DNA of 64,000 bases from Spirochaetota bacterium (GTDB lineage Bacteria; Spirochaetota; UBA4802; UBA5550). The notes below the pieces were generated by a model. It saw nothing but the letters and a program-made list of their open reading frames with translations. It made no database searches and was not told where the DNA came from. Shown here in pieces: positions 21,894-32,756 of this stretch (position 1 is its first letter; every line of letters begins with the position of its first letter). The translations under genes and the position numbers were made by a program. The stretch spans positions 26,348-90,347 of the forward strand of contig JBNKTL010000016.1 of NCBI GenBank assembly GCA_050298055.1, in the 5' to 3' direction.

Positions 21894-22601
21894 ATGCTTC
21901 TTTTAAAAAAACAAAGTCTAAAAAAATTCATAAAATACCTGTTGAAAATTCTTGCAGTTCTTCACCTGATACTTTTTATCACCGGTCTCATACTCTGTTT
22001 TAGAATCTGGAAGAACAATCCTGAGAAGTCCGCACTGATGATTTACCGGAAGCACTACCAGAAGGTTATTCCGTCAGAAAGAGTACCGGTTCCCATTGAT
22101 GAAATTCCTGTAAATGTCAGAGACATGCTTATATTGGTTGAAGATCCCGGTTTTTACTCCCACCATGGAATTCACCCTGGAGCAATATTCAACGCATTAA
22201 AGCTTAACTACCAACTGGGGTACATTAAATGGGGAGGGAGTACAATAACACAGCAGATTACCAGGACTCTTTTCCTGGTCCCTGACAAAAGATACCTCCG
22301 CAAATATATTGAGATAGTATTTGCACTGGCAATGGAAGCGGCCCTCAGCAAAGAGAGGATACTTGAACTTTATTTTAATTATGTTGAGTTTGGACCGGGA
22401 ATATATGGTATCGGGCAGGCATCAATTTATCATTATGGAAGAGAATTTAAAGAACTTTCAATGGATGAAATAATGAGATTGATAACAATACTGCCAAACC
22501 CCATAAAATATAACACCTTTAACTTTAGAAAAAGCAGCCACCTTGCAAAGAGGTATTACATTCTTCTTGATAAATTTCAGAATTACGAATATAATGAATA
22601 G
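21894..22601 (+). CDS. Monofunctional peptidoglycan transglycosylase (GT51, MtgA-like)
   Basis: EDPGFYSHHG, GGSTITQQ, RKYIE, SKERILELYFNYVEFGPGIYG and LPNP. N-terminal TM segment and no transpeptidase domain. Confidence 0.88.
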   Translation: MLLLKKQSLKKFIKYLLKILAVLHLILFITGLILCFRIWKNNPEKSALMIYRKHYQKVIPSERVPVPIDEIPVNVRDMLILVEDPGFYSHHGIHPGAIFNALKLNYQLGYIKWGGSTITQQITRTLFLVPDKRYLRKYIEIVFALAMEAALSKERILELYFNYVEFGPGIYGIGQASIYHYGREFKELSMDEIMRLITILPNPIKYNTFNFRKSSHLAKRYYILLDKFQNYEYNE

Positions 22602-22784
22602 ATTGCGAAGGATTATTCTCCGCCCAGGACGCTGGACGAGGACACGCATAAATATCTTTTAACCCCATATCTTTCAAAGCACTTTTTTCTTCTGATATAT
22701 TACATGATACGGAAACCGGCAAACTACCAGTTTCTGATCGATCAGTTTTTGGTTAGAAGATTTTTTTAAAAATAATATTTTTAT

Positions 22785-22897
22785 TATCTACTCAACTATT
22801 TAATAAAATATCAACAATGTATCTACGCCGACTTCTGCAGCGGAGAGACATCAGTTATGTTTTAACATGCTAATTTTTATACATAGCTGAGTAGTTA
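22785..22897 (+). repeat. ~140-bp element copy 2 (degenerate hairpin, shortened left arm)
   Basis: TCTACTCAACTAT...AAATATCAACAA-TGTATCTACGCCGAC-TTC-TGCAGCGGAGAGACA-TCAGTTAT...TTATACATAGCTGAGTAGTTA. Confidence 0.8.
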
Positions 22898-22928
22898 ATA
22901 ATTTTATTTAGAAGGAGAGATTATTTCG

Positions 22929-23498
22929 ATGAAAGGAAAAGCAACAGGCATTGTATCAATTTTTGTATTAACATTACTGATAGCATGCAAACCTGACGTA
23001 AAAAACGAGACAGAAAAGTACAATAATAATCAAATTAGTTTAAAGAAATTTGCTGCAAAATACCCAGCATTTAATTCCCAGCTTGTCATCGTATCTCAGA
23101 GTGCTGCGAAACTTGTTGAAGAATCTAATAAGATCAAGGATGAAGAGCAAAAGGCAAAAAAAATGGCTGAAGCAAACAGTGTTTTTACTGACAGTGTTGT
23201 CTTCAGACAGTTAAATTCCTATGACGGCAGGAAGGAGAGGATTATCGATCTCAAAGTTAAACTCCAGTCATACAAGAAATTGAAATATCGCAGTACGGTA
23301 AAGAATGCTACTGATGCTGCCAACAGAGGATTGAGTGAGTCCGGGCAGATTATGAATGAAGCAAAACCTGCAACCAAAGAAGAAGCGGAAGAGATCCTTA
23401 AAAAAGCCAATGGAATTTTAATAAGCACTGAAGGAACTCTTGACAGGGCAATGAAAAAAATTAAAGGAAAAAAGAAAAAGTTTAAAAAGAAAAAGTAA
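22929..23498 (+). CDS. Hypothetical coiled-coil lipoprotein
   Basis: AAGGAG RBS, lipobox-like LLIAC and a Lys-rich C-terminus. Confidence 0.8.
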   Translation: MKGKATGIVSIFVLTLLIACKPDVKNETEKYNNNQISLKKFAAKYPAFNSQLVIVSQSAAKLVEESNKIKDEEQKAKKMAEANSVFTDSVVFRQLNSYDGRKERIIDLKVKLQSYKKLKYRSTVKNATDAANRGLSESGQIMNEAKPATKEEAEEILKKANGILISTEGTLDRAMKKIKGKKKKFKKKK

Positions 23499-23520
23499 TT
23501 ATTCAAATAATGACCAATAT

Positions 23521-23556
23521 AATAGGCGATGATAAAAATCATCGCCTATTTTTTTG
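23521..23556 (+). terminator. Rho-independent terminator
   Basis: AATAGGCGATGAT-AAAA-ATCATCGCCTATT followed by a T-tract, just after the lipoprotein gene. Confidence 0.85.
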
Positions 23557-23834
23557 TTTGATTTTTTTATTTCATCTCTTTGGAAGGTCTGCCCTCACGA
23601 TTTTGAATAAATTCATGAAAATGAATATGCACCCTCAACAAAAAGTGTTATTTTGATAATTTTTATGGACATCTAGTCCAATATACGCTATTATTTTACA
23701 CACGAGTTTAATTCATCCTTTATTGATTTGTTCACTATTTTTATCATAGTATTAACTGGTTTGCATAGGGAAATCTCGAGGATCACTACACACACCCATA
23801 CTATCGATAAAAAAATAAATGAAAGGAGGTTGAT

Positions 23835-24686
23835 ATGCTGTGGAATAGATGCAGGATATGTCTGATACTTGCCGTGTTTTTGCTTATGCCCTTACAGCCA
23901 CAAATTGTGACGGCGGACAAGGGAAAGGTTTATTACATCGGCATCATTCCTACCTGGCCCCCTGTAGTCACCCATACAAAATGGTCGCCGTTCGCTAAAC
24001 GGCTTTCCCATGTCACCGGTCTTACCTTCCGGCTAAAAGTATACGAAAAAATGCGTGATTTTGAGCGGGACATCATTTCACCGGAGGCCCCCGATTTCAT
24101 CTTCGCAAACGCCCTCCAGATCGTTGTGGCCCATAAGTTGCAGGGCTTTATCCCGCTGGTCCGGGGCGGTCCTACCGTCAAGGCAATCATCTTTGTGCGC
24201 CAGGACTCTCCCTTCAAGGTCATCGACGACCTTGCTGGCAAGCGAATCGCCTTTGTCGGAGAAAAGAACGTCTGAACCATCTTCCTCAGACACGTGTTGT
24301 CTGTGCAAAAAGGGAAATTGGCTTTCGATACGAGCTACAGCGGTTCGACGAAGAATGCGATCATACAGGTGTTGCTGGGTAAGGCAGACGCTGGAGTGAC
24401 CGTCGGCCCGGCGCTCGCCAGAGAGACGAAGAATATTCCCGGCAAGCTCCGGACTTTGCTTGAGTCGCCAGGACTCCCTTCTCATCCGCTCTGTGCTCAC
24501 CCTCGTATTCCGGAGACCGTCCGGGCGTCGGTCAGGAAGGGCATATTCACCATTGTGAAAACGCCCAAAGGTGAGGAACTCATGCGTCAGGTCAGAATGC
24601 CGGATCCGACAATCGCCAATTATAAAAGGGACTATAAATCACTGGAGAGTATTGATATAAAATTTCTGTCGAATTGGGGTAAATAA
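23835..24686 (+). CDS. PhnD/phosphonate-type substrate-binding protein with one in-frame TGA (24273-24275); candidate selenoprotein or pseudogene
   Basis: ORFs 23835..24275 and 24294..24686 share one frame (offset 459). Read-through gives 283 aa with a signal peptide, GIIP, PDFIFAN, IIFVRQDSP..DDLAGKRIAF, VLLGKADAG and LPSHPLCAHP. Strong AAAGGAGG RBS. Confidence 0.8.
24276..24315 (+). other. Candidate bacterial SECIS hairpin
   Basis: CAGACA(24287-24292)-CGTGT-TGTCTG(24298-24303) begins 11 nt after the TGA. The loop has G at position 2 followed by T. A TTCCT/GGGAA lower stem is possible. Confidence 0.55.
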
Positions 24687-24786
24687 GATGTCACTGTTGT
24701 TATTCCGTTTTTATGGATTCAGGAGATTTTACCCTAAAATCTCTGAAAGAAGAAGGAGATACAGCAAGGATCTTTATGAGAAACTC

Positions 24787-24871
24787 TGCCCAGGGCGGGA
24801 CTTGAACCCGCACGCCCCGAAGAGCAAGGGATTTTAAGTCCCTTGTGTCTACCAAATTCCACCACCTGGGC
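24787..24871 (-). tRNA. tRNA-Leu(TAA)
   Basis: Reverse complement GCCCAGGTGGTGGAATTTGGTAGACACAAGGGACTTAAAATCCCTT...GGTTCAAGTCCCGCCCTGGGCA. Confidence 0.97.
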
Positions 24872-25048
24872 TTTTATGCAGAAAACCGATCTATTGATAT
24901 AAGAGGACTTCAACTGCTCACGTTTCGCGAAAAAAACTATATTTGATGCCCCCTTGTGGGCACAAATACTGATAAAACCAGTAGTGAGAATATTTGATAA
25001 CCCGTTAACTACTGGTTTTGAGAGGTGCCCATAAAGACATGTGTTTAT

Positions 25049-25121
25049 AGGCGTCGAGCGGATTCGAACCGCTGAATAAAGGTTTTGCAGACCTCTCCCT
25101 TAGCCACTTGGGTACGACGCC
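25049..25121 (-). tRNA. tRNA-Cys(GCA)
   Basis: Reverse complement GGCGTCGTACCCAAGTGGCTAAGGGAGAGGTCTGCAAAACCTTTATTCAGCGGTTCGAATCCGCTCGACGCCT. Confidence 0.97.
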
Positions 25122-25497
25122 GCTATAGGAAAAACCATTAACGTATCATCTTTACTGTTGTCAACTTAATTTAGCAGGGGCTGTTTAAAATATATCCGGA
25201 TAGAGGTTATGAGTAATTTTTTATTTAATAGTATCTTATTTTTTTCTTAAACTGTGAGTAAATTTTCCCAATTTTATTGACCTTTAAATGTATGTAGTGT
25301 AATATTGAAACCTATAAGACTTCAAGCATTGCCCACAGAAAGAATACTATAACAACTATTATTAATTATAATTTTTTTTATTGATAGTAATATTTTTATC
25401 AATTTTCTATTGACAAATATGAATATATATAATTAAATTTAACTTGCTGTAAGATATACTACGTTAAAGTGCAGTTACTGCAAGGTTTATAGGAAAA

Positions 25498-26196
25498 TTG
25501 GATACTATTTTAAAAAAAGAAAGCTCTAATATCCCCAACAAAGCTGAAAAACGCAAAGAGCATATTATGAACTGTGCCGAGAAGGTCTTCGCACAGAAAG
25601 GCTACCAGGATGCAACAATATCAGATATTGCCAGGGAAGCAAAGCTATCCGATACAACTATTTACGAGTACTTCTCAACCAAGGAAGAACTTCTTTTTAC
25701 CATCCCGGAAGCAACAACAGAGAGATTTAAGGAACTTCTCGAGTTCAACCTCAAGTCAGTCCGGGATGCGGGAAACAAAATCAGATCATTCATCTATTTC
25801 TATCTCTGGTTCTATAAAAGTCACCCGGATTATGCATCACTTTATCTCCTGACACTGAAGAGCAGCCGGAAATTCAGGGAAACCAGGGCCTACCAGATAA
25901 TCAGGGGCGTATTCAGAAACCTGCTTACGATCATAAACCAGGGAATTGAGAGCGGTGAACTGAGAAAGGAGATCGATCCCTATCTCCTCAGGGCACAGAT
26001 CCTCGGTACAATTGAACATATAGTGGTCAGGTGGCTGCTGATTGATAACTCCAAAGACCTGATGGATAATGTGGACCCGGTCTATGAGATGATCATAAAT
26101 GGGGCAGGAAAGATTAACAGGTCCAGGGGACTTCGTCTCAGGGTAGAAGTTGAAGATGATGAATCTCCAGAGGGAACTGTTAAACATGATCTTTGA
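25498..26196 (+). CDS. TetR/AcrR-family regulator (FadR/YsiA-like)
   Basis: VFAQKGYQDATISDIAREAKLSDTTIYEYFSTKEELL HTH, upstream of beta-oxidation genes. TTG start. Confidence 0.92.
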   Translation: MDTILKKESSNIPNKAEKRKEHIMNCAEKVFAQKGYQDATISDIAREAKLSDTTIYEYFSTKEELLFTIPEATTERFKELLEFNLKSVRDAGNKIRSFIYFYLWFYKSHPDYASLYLLTLKSSRKFRETRAYQIIRGVFRNLLTIINQGIESGELRKEIDPYLLRAQILGTIEHIVVRWLLIDNSKDLMDNVDPVYEMIINGAGKINRSRGLRLRVEVEDDESPEGTVKHDL

Positions 26197-26300
26197 GAAT
26201 TGAAATACAAGTGGTAATCTTTGATAAGTTCGGATATTATCAGGACTACTGTTTTTGTGAAAATTATTGTATTAACCGGAATAAATATAAGGAGGCCTAA

Positions 26301-28709
26301 ATGAACAGACGAATTGAAAAAATGGCTGTAATCGGTTCGGGCATAATGGGAGGCGGAATTGCCGCCCTTTGCGCATCAGCCGGTATCAAGACAATACTTC
26401 TTGATATCGTTCCCTTCGACCTGAAGGATGAAGAAAAGGATGATCCTGCAGCACGAAACAGAATAGTAAATGCCGGTCTTGAAGGCGTTATCAAATCAAA
26501 ACCGCCGCTTCTGATGGATAAGTCTCATGATCTTGAGTTCCTCAGTACGGGTAATCTTGATGATAACCTTAAGGAACTTGAAGATTGTGACTGGATCGTG
26601 GAAGTTGTTGTAGAAAACCTGAAAATCAAACAGGAATTGTTCAAGAAGATAGAAAAAGTCAGAAAACCGGGATCAATTCTTTCTACAAATACATCGGGAC
26701 TTCCCCTCCATCTTATTTCTGAAAAGTTCAGCAAAGAGATGAAAGAGCATTTTATCGGAACACACTTTTTTAACCCCGTGAGATATATGCACCTTCTTGA
26801 GATCATTCCCGGCAAGGAAACAAAAAAGGATATTGTTCAGTTCATGGGACAGTTTGGCGAGAAGATCCTTGGCAAGGGGATTGTCTGGGCAAAGGATACA
26901 CCGAACTTTATCGGGAACAGGATCGGTATTCAGTCCATGGTCTACACAATGCAGGTGATGATGGAGATGAGCATAAGTATACCGGAAGTTGATGCTGTGT
27001 TCGGCTCCCCTATGGGAAGACCCAAGACGGCTGCATTCAAGACAGCTGACCTTGTGGGACTTGATACGTTTTTACATGTTGCTGATAACTGCTATGAACT
27101 CTGTCCCGATGATAAAATGAGGGATATGCTCAAGATACCCCAGTTTGTCAAAGATATGGTCGAGAAAAAGTTACTGGGCAACAAGACACAGGGCGGTTTC
27201 TACAAGAAGGAGATAACACCTGAGTGGAAGACCCTGAGGAAGGTCATGGACTATAAGACCATGGAATATATTGATCTCGAAAGACCTAATATACCGGTAC
27301 TCAACGATGCAAAAAAGAAAGAAACTCTGCCGGAGAAAATGAAGACCATTATTTACGGTGAAGATAAAATCTCCCAATTTGCCTGGAAAGTTATAGCAGG
27401 CTGCCTCCTCTACTCTGCCAGTATGATCCCTGAAATTTCCGATACTGTGGTTGAAATTGACAACGCGATGAAGTGGGGATACAACTGGGAATTGGGCCCC
27501 TTTGAGACCTGGGACGCCCTGGGTCTTAAAGAATCTGTGAAGAAGATGGAGAAGGAGGGGATGAAAATTCCCGCAAATATAAAGAAGATGCTCGATGATA
27601 AGATCAGCAGCTTCTACAAGATCACCAAAGGTGAGAAACAGTATTACGATTTCAAATCAAAGAGTTACAAGAATATTGAAACAAGTGACAACGCTATCAC
27701 CCTTGCTAACCTCAAGGCTCATAAGAAGACAGTTTTTTCCAATCCGTCATGTTCTCTTATTGATATTGGAGACGGAGTTTTCAATATTGAGTTTCACTCT
27801 AAGATGAATTCCCTGAACCAGGGAATCGTTGAAATGATAGCGAAATCTTTTGATTATGTGACAGATAACGGGATAGGTGTTGTCTACGGCAACCAGGCCC
27901 CCGGTATGCCGGGAGCATTTTCCGCAGGAGCAGACCTCAACCTTGTACTGGCTGCGGCAAAGGAAAAGAAGTGGGACGATGTTGACAGGATGATAGCGGA
28001 AGGACAAAAACTGATTCCAACTGCAAAATACAGGCCATTTCCTGTTGTTGCGGCTCCCTACGGACTTGTCCTTGGAGGTGGCTGCGAAATTTGCCTCGGC
28101 TCCGATAGGATTGTTGCACACCACGACCTTTTCATGGGACTTGTTGAGATAGGCGCAGGTCTTCTTCCCGGCTGGGGCGGAATTAGCGGTCTCTGGAGAA
28201 AATTCATTGAGAACAAACCGGGTATAGTGGAAATAAGCGACTATGGCGCATACTATGTTCCGGCAATGATGAATATTGCCCAGGCAAAGGTCTCATCCTC
28301 TGCTGCAGATGCACGGAGAAACGGGTTCCTGGGCCCCAGGGACAGGATTGTATTCAACAAAGATCACCTCATCGGCGAGGCAAAGAAGGAAGTCCTTCGA
28401 ATGGTAGAAGACGGGTATACGCCTCCTGCCAGGACAAAGATTCCGGTAATGGGAAGAGATGCCATGGGCATGGTCTATGCCAACATGCTTAATATGAGAG
28501 AGGGCGGATACGTGACTCCTCATATGAGTGAAATAGCCCTTAAGATAGCCTATGTTATGTCCGGCGGTGATGTCAGCCAGGGAACTCTGATAGATGACGA
28601 AGAGATGATGAAAATGGAAAGAGAGACATTCGTTGAACTGATTAAAACAGAGAACTCACAGAAAATGGCTGAGCATATAGTTACTACCGGAAAACCTTTG
28701 TTTATATAA
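26301..28709 (+). CDS. 3-hydroxyacyl-CoA dehydrogenase/enoyl-CoA hydratase (FadN-like)
   Basis: VIGSGIMGGGIA, EVVVENL, STNTSG, GTHFFNP and a C-terminal crotonase region (FSAGADL, LGGGCE). Confidence 0.94.
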   Translation: MNRRIEKMAVIGSGIMGGGIAALCASAGIKTILLDIVPFDLKDEEKDDPAARNRIVNAGLEGVIKSKPPLLMDKSHDLEFLSTGNLDDNLKELEDCDWIVEVVVENLKIKQELFKKIEKVRKPGSILSTNTSGLPLHLISEKFSKEMKEHFIGTHFFNPVRYMHLLEIIPGKETKKDIVQFMGQFGEKILGKGIVWAKDTPNFIGNRIGIQSMVYTMQVMMEMSISIPEVDAVFGSPMGRPKTAAFKTADLVGLDTFLHVADNCYELCPDDKMRDMLKIPQFVKDMVEKKLLGNKTQGGFYKKEITPEWKTLRKVMDYKTMEYIDLERPNIPVLNDAKKKETLPEKMKTIIYGEDKISQFAWKVIAGCLLYSASMIPEISDTVVEIDNAMKWGYNWELGPFETWDALGLKESVKKMEKEGMKIPANIKKMLDDKISSFYKITKGEKQYYDFKSKSYKNIETSDNAITLANLKAHKKTVFSNPSCSLIDIGDGVFNIEFHSKMNSLNQGIVEMIAKSFDYVTDNGIGVVYGNQAPGMPGAFSAGADLNLVLAAAKEKKWDDVDRMIAEGQKLIPTAKYRPFPVVAAPYGLVLGGGCEICLGSDRIVAHHDLFMGLVEIGAGLLPGWGGISGLWRKFIENKPGIVEISDYGAYYVPAMMNIAQAKVSSSAADARRNGFLGPRDRIVFNKDHLIGEAKKEVLRMVEDGYTPPARTKIPVMGRDAMGMVYANMLNMREGGYVTPHMSEIALKIAYVMSGGDVSQGTLIDDEEMMKMERETFVELIKTENSQKMAEHIVTTGKPLFI

Positions 28710-28759
28710 AAAGGAAAACGGAAAATGAGAATGAGAATTACAGAACAGGAGGCAATTAG

Positions 28760-29953
28760 ATGAGAGATGCATATATAGTTTCAGCAGTACGAACACCGGG
28801 CTGCAGAAGAAAAAAGGGCGCCCTGGCACAGACCAGGCCCGAAGACCTCATATCCTTCATACTTGGTGCTGCTGTTGACAAAGTTGAAGGACTTGAGAAG
28901 AAAGATGTGGAAGACATTATGATCGGCTGCGCTTTCCCCGAGGCAGAACAGGGCCTCAACATTGGAAGGATAGCCCCGCTCATGGCAGGTTTTCCTGACA
29001 CAGTAACAGGAGCCACCGTGAACAGGTTCTGTTCTTCAGGACTGGAATCAATAGCCCTCTCTTCACTCAGGGTTATGAGCGGTTGGTCTGAAGTCACCAT
29101 GGCGGGAGGAGTTGAATCCATGTCTAAAGTTCCCATGGGAGGAAACCTGCCCAGGCCTCACCCGGGCATGGGAAAGGACAATCCTGATGTCTACATATCC
29201 ATGGGGGTTACTGCTGAAAATGTCGCGAAGCGCTACAATGTTTCCCGGGAACAACAGGATGAGTTTGCCTATAATTCGCAGATGAAGGCGGCAGAAGCCC
29301 AGAAGAATGGTCTTTTTACCGAGATTGTACCAACTCCGGCCACCCGGTTTGGGAAAAACGGCTCTGAAACATTCCTGCAGGATTTTGATGATGGTGTACG
29401 TGATTCCACAACTGTAGAAGGGCTTGCAAAACTGAGGCCGGCATTCTCAACTACCGGATCAGTAACAGCGGGAAATTCTTCCCAGACCACTGACGGTGCA
29501 GCTGCGGTTGTTATTATGAGCGAAGATGCCCTGAAAAAATTTGGCGTTAAACCCATCGCAAAGTTCAGGTACTATACAACCGCAGGATGCAGGCCGGATG
29601 AGATGGGTATTGGACCGGCACTGGCTGTTCCCAAACTCCTTAAGATGGCAGGTCTCAGTATAGATGACATTGGGCTCTGGGAGATAAATGAAGCTTTTGC
29701 ATCACAGGCCATATACTCTGCAAATCAGATCGGGATAGGAGACAAGAAACTCTGGGCTTTTGACAGCCCTGATAAAAAGCTCAACATTAATGGCGGAGCA
29801 ATCGCCCTGGGACACCCCCTTGGATGTACCGGCGCAAAACTTGCATCCACTCTCCTTGCTAACATGAAACGACTCGGCGTTAAATACGGTGTCGAATCCA
29901 TGTGTATTGGCGGAGGAATGGGTGCAGCCGGATTATTTGAGCTGATAGATTAG
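28760..29953 (+). CDS. Acetyl-CoA acyltransferase (thiolase)
   Basis: NRFCSSG, INEAFA, GHPLG and MCIGGGMG. Confidence 0.95.
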   Translation: MRDAYIVSAVRTPGCRRKKGALAQTRPEDLISFILGAAVDKVEGLEKKDVEDIMIGCAFPEAEQGLNIGRIAPLMAGFPDTVTGATVNRFCSSGLESIALSSLRVMSGWSEVTMAGGVESMSKVPMGGNLPRPHPGMGKDNPDVYISMGVTAENVAKRYNVSREQQDEFAYNSQMKAAEAQKNGLFTEIVPTPATRFGKNGSETFLQDFDDGVRDSTTVEGLAKLRPAFSTTGSVTAGNSSQTTDGAAAVVIMSEDALKKFGVKPIAKFRYYTTAGCRPDEMGIGPALAVPKLLKMAGLSIDDIGLWEINEAFASQAIYSANQIGIGDKKLWAFDSPDKKLNINGGAIALGHPLGCTGAKLASTLLANMKRLGVKYGVESMCIGGGMGAAGLFELID

Positions 29954-29960
29954 CCCGTAT

Positions 29961-30017
29961 TTTCAGGTTTCGGGTTTCGAGTTACTGACATACAACTCGG
30001 AACCTGAAATCGGAAAC
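29961..30017. repeat. Inverted heptamer tandem arrays (TTTCRRG / AACTCGG type), possible terminator hairpin
   Basis: TTTCAGG TTTCGGG TTTCGAG TT ... AACTCGG AACCTGA AATCGGA AAC, directly after the thiolase stop. Confidence 0.7.
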
Positions 30018-30188
30018 AGGGAAATTTTTAAATACTGTTCCCCCCTCCCCTTTATCATTCAGCCACATGGATCTTAAAGTGATCTCGAAAAATTGCAGAC
30101 ACATTCGGGATCACTCTTATATTTCCTTATTGACATGGTTCAGGGAAAAAGCTACAATACGCTCAATCAATTTAAAGTATATAGAATT

Positions 30189-32624
30189 ATGGTGAAGATT
30201 AAATCTGCTGAAAAAAAGAAGGTATCGAGAATAAGTTCAACAATTGACATTCTCTCAGAAAAAAAATATTATAAGCTTCTTGTTTCTGTGGCATTCGGTT
30301 TAACCGGATTTATTATCAACTTTTTTCCTGTGAACTTTATCATACCCCCCTACAAAGCAAGTCTCGTAATGGGTCTTGTCTTTCCCATGCTTATATCAGT
30401 CTCATGGGGGTGGAAATACGGTTTTGTTTCTCTCGTACTTGGTCTTGGAGGGCAGACCATGTGGTTCCACTGGCTCCCTCAGAACGGATGGGCCCCTTTT
30501 GTTGCAATCCCTGTATATAATTTATGGGTAATATGGCATGGATGGAGTTCCGGTCAAAAGAAAAGCAAGCTGCTTTCAAATTTCTACTTTTCTGAAATCC
30601 CCTTTAGAATTTTCAATACACTGATCATTTACACTCTCTTTACCTGGTCATTCAGGTTTAATCCGAGTCCCTGGTCTCCTCACCTGACATTAACCGATCC
30701 GCCAACTCAGTTTATTAACTTTATCGCAATCAAACAGCTGGCAGAGGGCATAATGATTTTACTGCTCACTGATGTGTTGCTAAACTTCCACTTTGTCCGT
30801 AAAGGACTCCTTCTTGAAGAAAAAAGAAGAGGAAAAACCGGGCATATAATCAGCACATCTATTCTCTTCGGATTTATCTTCTGGTTGATATCCGGCCTTG
30901 CCGATTATCTTTTTTCCGAAAGCAAACAGGATTTTTTCATTAACAATCCCAATCCCCGTCTGGCTGACACCGTTGTATTGAATGTCCCGCCCTATGAAAT
31001 ATTTACCCGGCTCATGTTTCTCCTTGTCTGCCTTATAGCCGGGTTGATAATTTCAAGATATGTGATAAAATATAATGAAAGATCTGTTGATCTTGAAAAA
31101 TCGGAAGAAAAGTACCGCATGCTGATTGAATCAATGACTGATGGAATTACAATTGTTGACAGGAACGATGTTCTGATATATGCAAATCCCAGTCTTCTCA
31201 GAATGCTCGACTACGGAAGTGATGAGATGTGCGGTCAATCACTTCTTAATTTTTTCGACCAGAATGATTTATCCATAATGAAAAACAGAAAGGAAATAAT
31301 TGAGAAAGGAGAAAGTGAAAATTTCGAAATTGAATGGACAAAAAATAATGGCGAGAAAATCCTTTCGACAATTTCTCCGCAAACACTTTACGATGAAGAA
31401 AATAATTATAACGGGTTCTATTTAGTTGTGACTGATATCTCTTTAAGGAAGCAGGCAGAAATTGAGAAAGCAGAACTTGAAGACCAGCTCATGCACTCAC
31501 AAAAAATGGAAGCTATTGGCCGTCTTACCGGAGGTATCGCACATGATTTTAACAATATACTTTCAACAATTATCGGATACAGCCAGCTTGTATCCAGGGA
31601 CATACCGGATGACAGTCCATTAAAGGAGAAAATTGAAATGATCCAGTCAGCGGGAATAAAGGCAGGTGAACTTACCCGTCAGCTGCTTGCATTCAGCCGG
31701 AAGCAGGTTCTGGAATTTAAAGTCATAAACCTGAACAATCTCATAAATAACCTGGTTAAAATGCTTGAAAGACTGATCGGTGAAGATATCAAACTTGACT
31801 TTATCAGCAAACCGGGCAGCACCAATATCATGGCTGATTCTAGCCAGATTGAACAGATAATACTCAACCTCTCTGTTAATGCCAAGGATGCCATGCCTAA
31901 AGGAGGGAAGCTGATAATTGAGACAGACCAGGTCCATCTTGATGAACAGTTTTGCAGCGAAAGGGAAGGCCTGAGACCCGGCGACTATATTGTATTAAAT
32001 GTAATAGATACAGGGATTGGAATTCCCGATAAAATATCAGATAAAATATTTAATCCGTTTTTCACGACTAAAAAAAAGGGGAAAGGAACAGGTCTCGGAC
32101 TTGCTACGGTTTATGGGATCGTCAAACAGCATAAGGGCTATATAAGTGTATACAGTGAAAAAGACCTTGGGGCATGTTTCAAGATCTATCTCCCTGCTGT
32201 TTCAAAAAAACCATTTTCTCCCGAAGAGAGTACAAATGAATCCATGCCCGCGGGAAATGAAAAACTGATAATTGTTGATGATGAACCTGATGTTATCAGA
32301 CTGCTTACTGACCTGCTTCAACCCCTGGGATACACCGTAGAATCAGCCCCAAACGCGGAAAAAGCACTTGATTTTGTTCGTTCAGCGGGAGTAAAATTTG
32401 ATATGCTCATTACCGATACAATTATGCCCGGAATGAACGGTCAGGAACTTTCCAATTGTCTTCTCAAAATACTACCCGAACTTAAATGCATTTATATGTC
32501 CGGCTATACAGATGATGTCATAACAGAGAAAGGGATCCTTAAGCCTCACTTACACTTTATCCATAAACCTCTGATTCCCAGTTACGTTGCAAATAAAATA
32601 CGAAACATTCTCGATAACAAGTAG
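30189..32624 (+). CDS. Membrane hybrid sensor histidine kinase (TM-PAS-HisKA-HATPase-REC, CckA-like)
   Basis: Multiple TM segments, [28 protein letters not shown] and C-terminal VDDE...TDTIMP...KP. Start uncertain. Confidence 0.92.
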   Translation: MVKIKSAEKKKVSRISSTIDILSEKKYYKLLVSVAFGLTGFIINFFPVNFIIPPYKASLVMGLVFPMLISVSWGWKYGFVSLVLGLGGQTMWFHWLPQNGWAPFVAIPVYNLWVIWHGWSSGQKKSKLLSNFYFSEIPFRIFNTLIIYTLFTWSFRFNPSPWSPHLTLTDPPTQFINFIAIKQLAEGIMILLLTDVLLNFHFVRKGLLLEEKRRGKTGHIISTSILFGFIFWLISGLADYLFSESKQDFFINNPNPRLADTVVLNVPPYEIFTRLMFLLVCLIAGLIISRYVIKYNERSVDLEKSEEKYRMLIESMTDGITIVDRNDVLIYANPSLLRMLDYGSDEMCGQSLLNFFDQNDLSIMKNRKEIIEKGESENFEIEWTKNNGEKILSTISPQTLYDEENNYNGFYLVVTDISLRKQAEIEKAELEDQLMHSQKMEAIGRLTGGIAHDFNNILSTIIGYSQLVSRDIPDDSPLKEKIEMIQSAGIKAGELTRQLLAFSRKQVLEFKVINLNNLINNLVKMLERLIGEDIKLDFISKPGSTNIMADSSQIEQIILNLSVNAKDAMPKGGKLIIETDQVHLDEQFCSEREGLRPGDYIVLNVIDTGIGIPDKISDKIFNPFFTTKKKGKGTGLGLATVYGIVKQHKGYISVYSEKDLGACFKIYLPAVSKKPFSPEESTNESMPAGNEKLIIVDDEPDVIRLLTDLLQPLGYTVESAPNAEKALDFVRSAGVKFDMLITDTIMPGMNGQELSNCLLKILPELKCIYMSGYTDDVITEKGILKPHLHFIHKPLIPSYVANKIRNILDNK

Positions 32625-32756
32625 TGCACAAACATTATTTTTCTGTATCAAACCATAAAATGGTTAGACAAATGATATTTATTTTGAATATTGTGTAATT
32701 ATGCTATTTGGAAAATTGAAATTTTATTATAAAACAGGATTATATAAAGAGTATAT

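Noticed and set aside
22600..22760. Possible RelE/ParE toxin remnant on the minus strand (QKLVVCRFPYHVIYQ)
   Set aside because: Only a short motif resemblance, with no intact ORF, start or antitoxin. It cannot be supported without a search.
24273..24275. Genome-wide TGA reassignment (code 4 or 25)
   Set aside because: TGA terminates conserved genes at the expected lengths (e.g. lon, clpP, hisS), and TGG is used for Trp.
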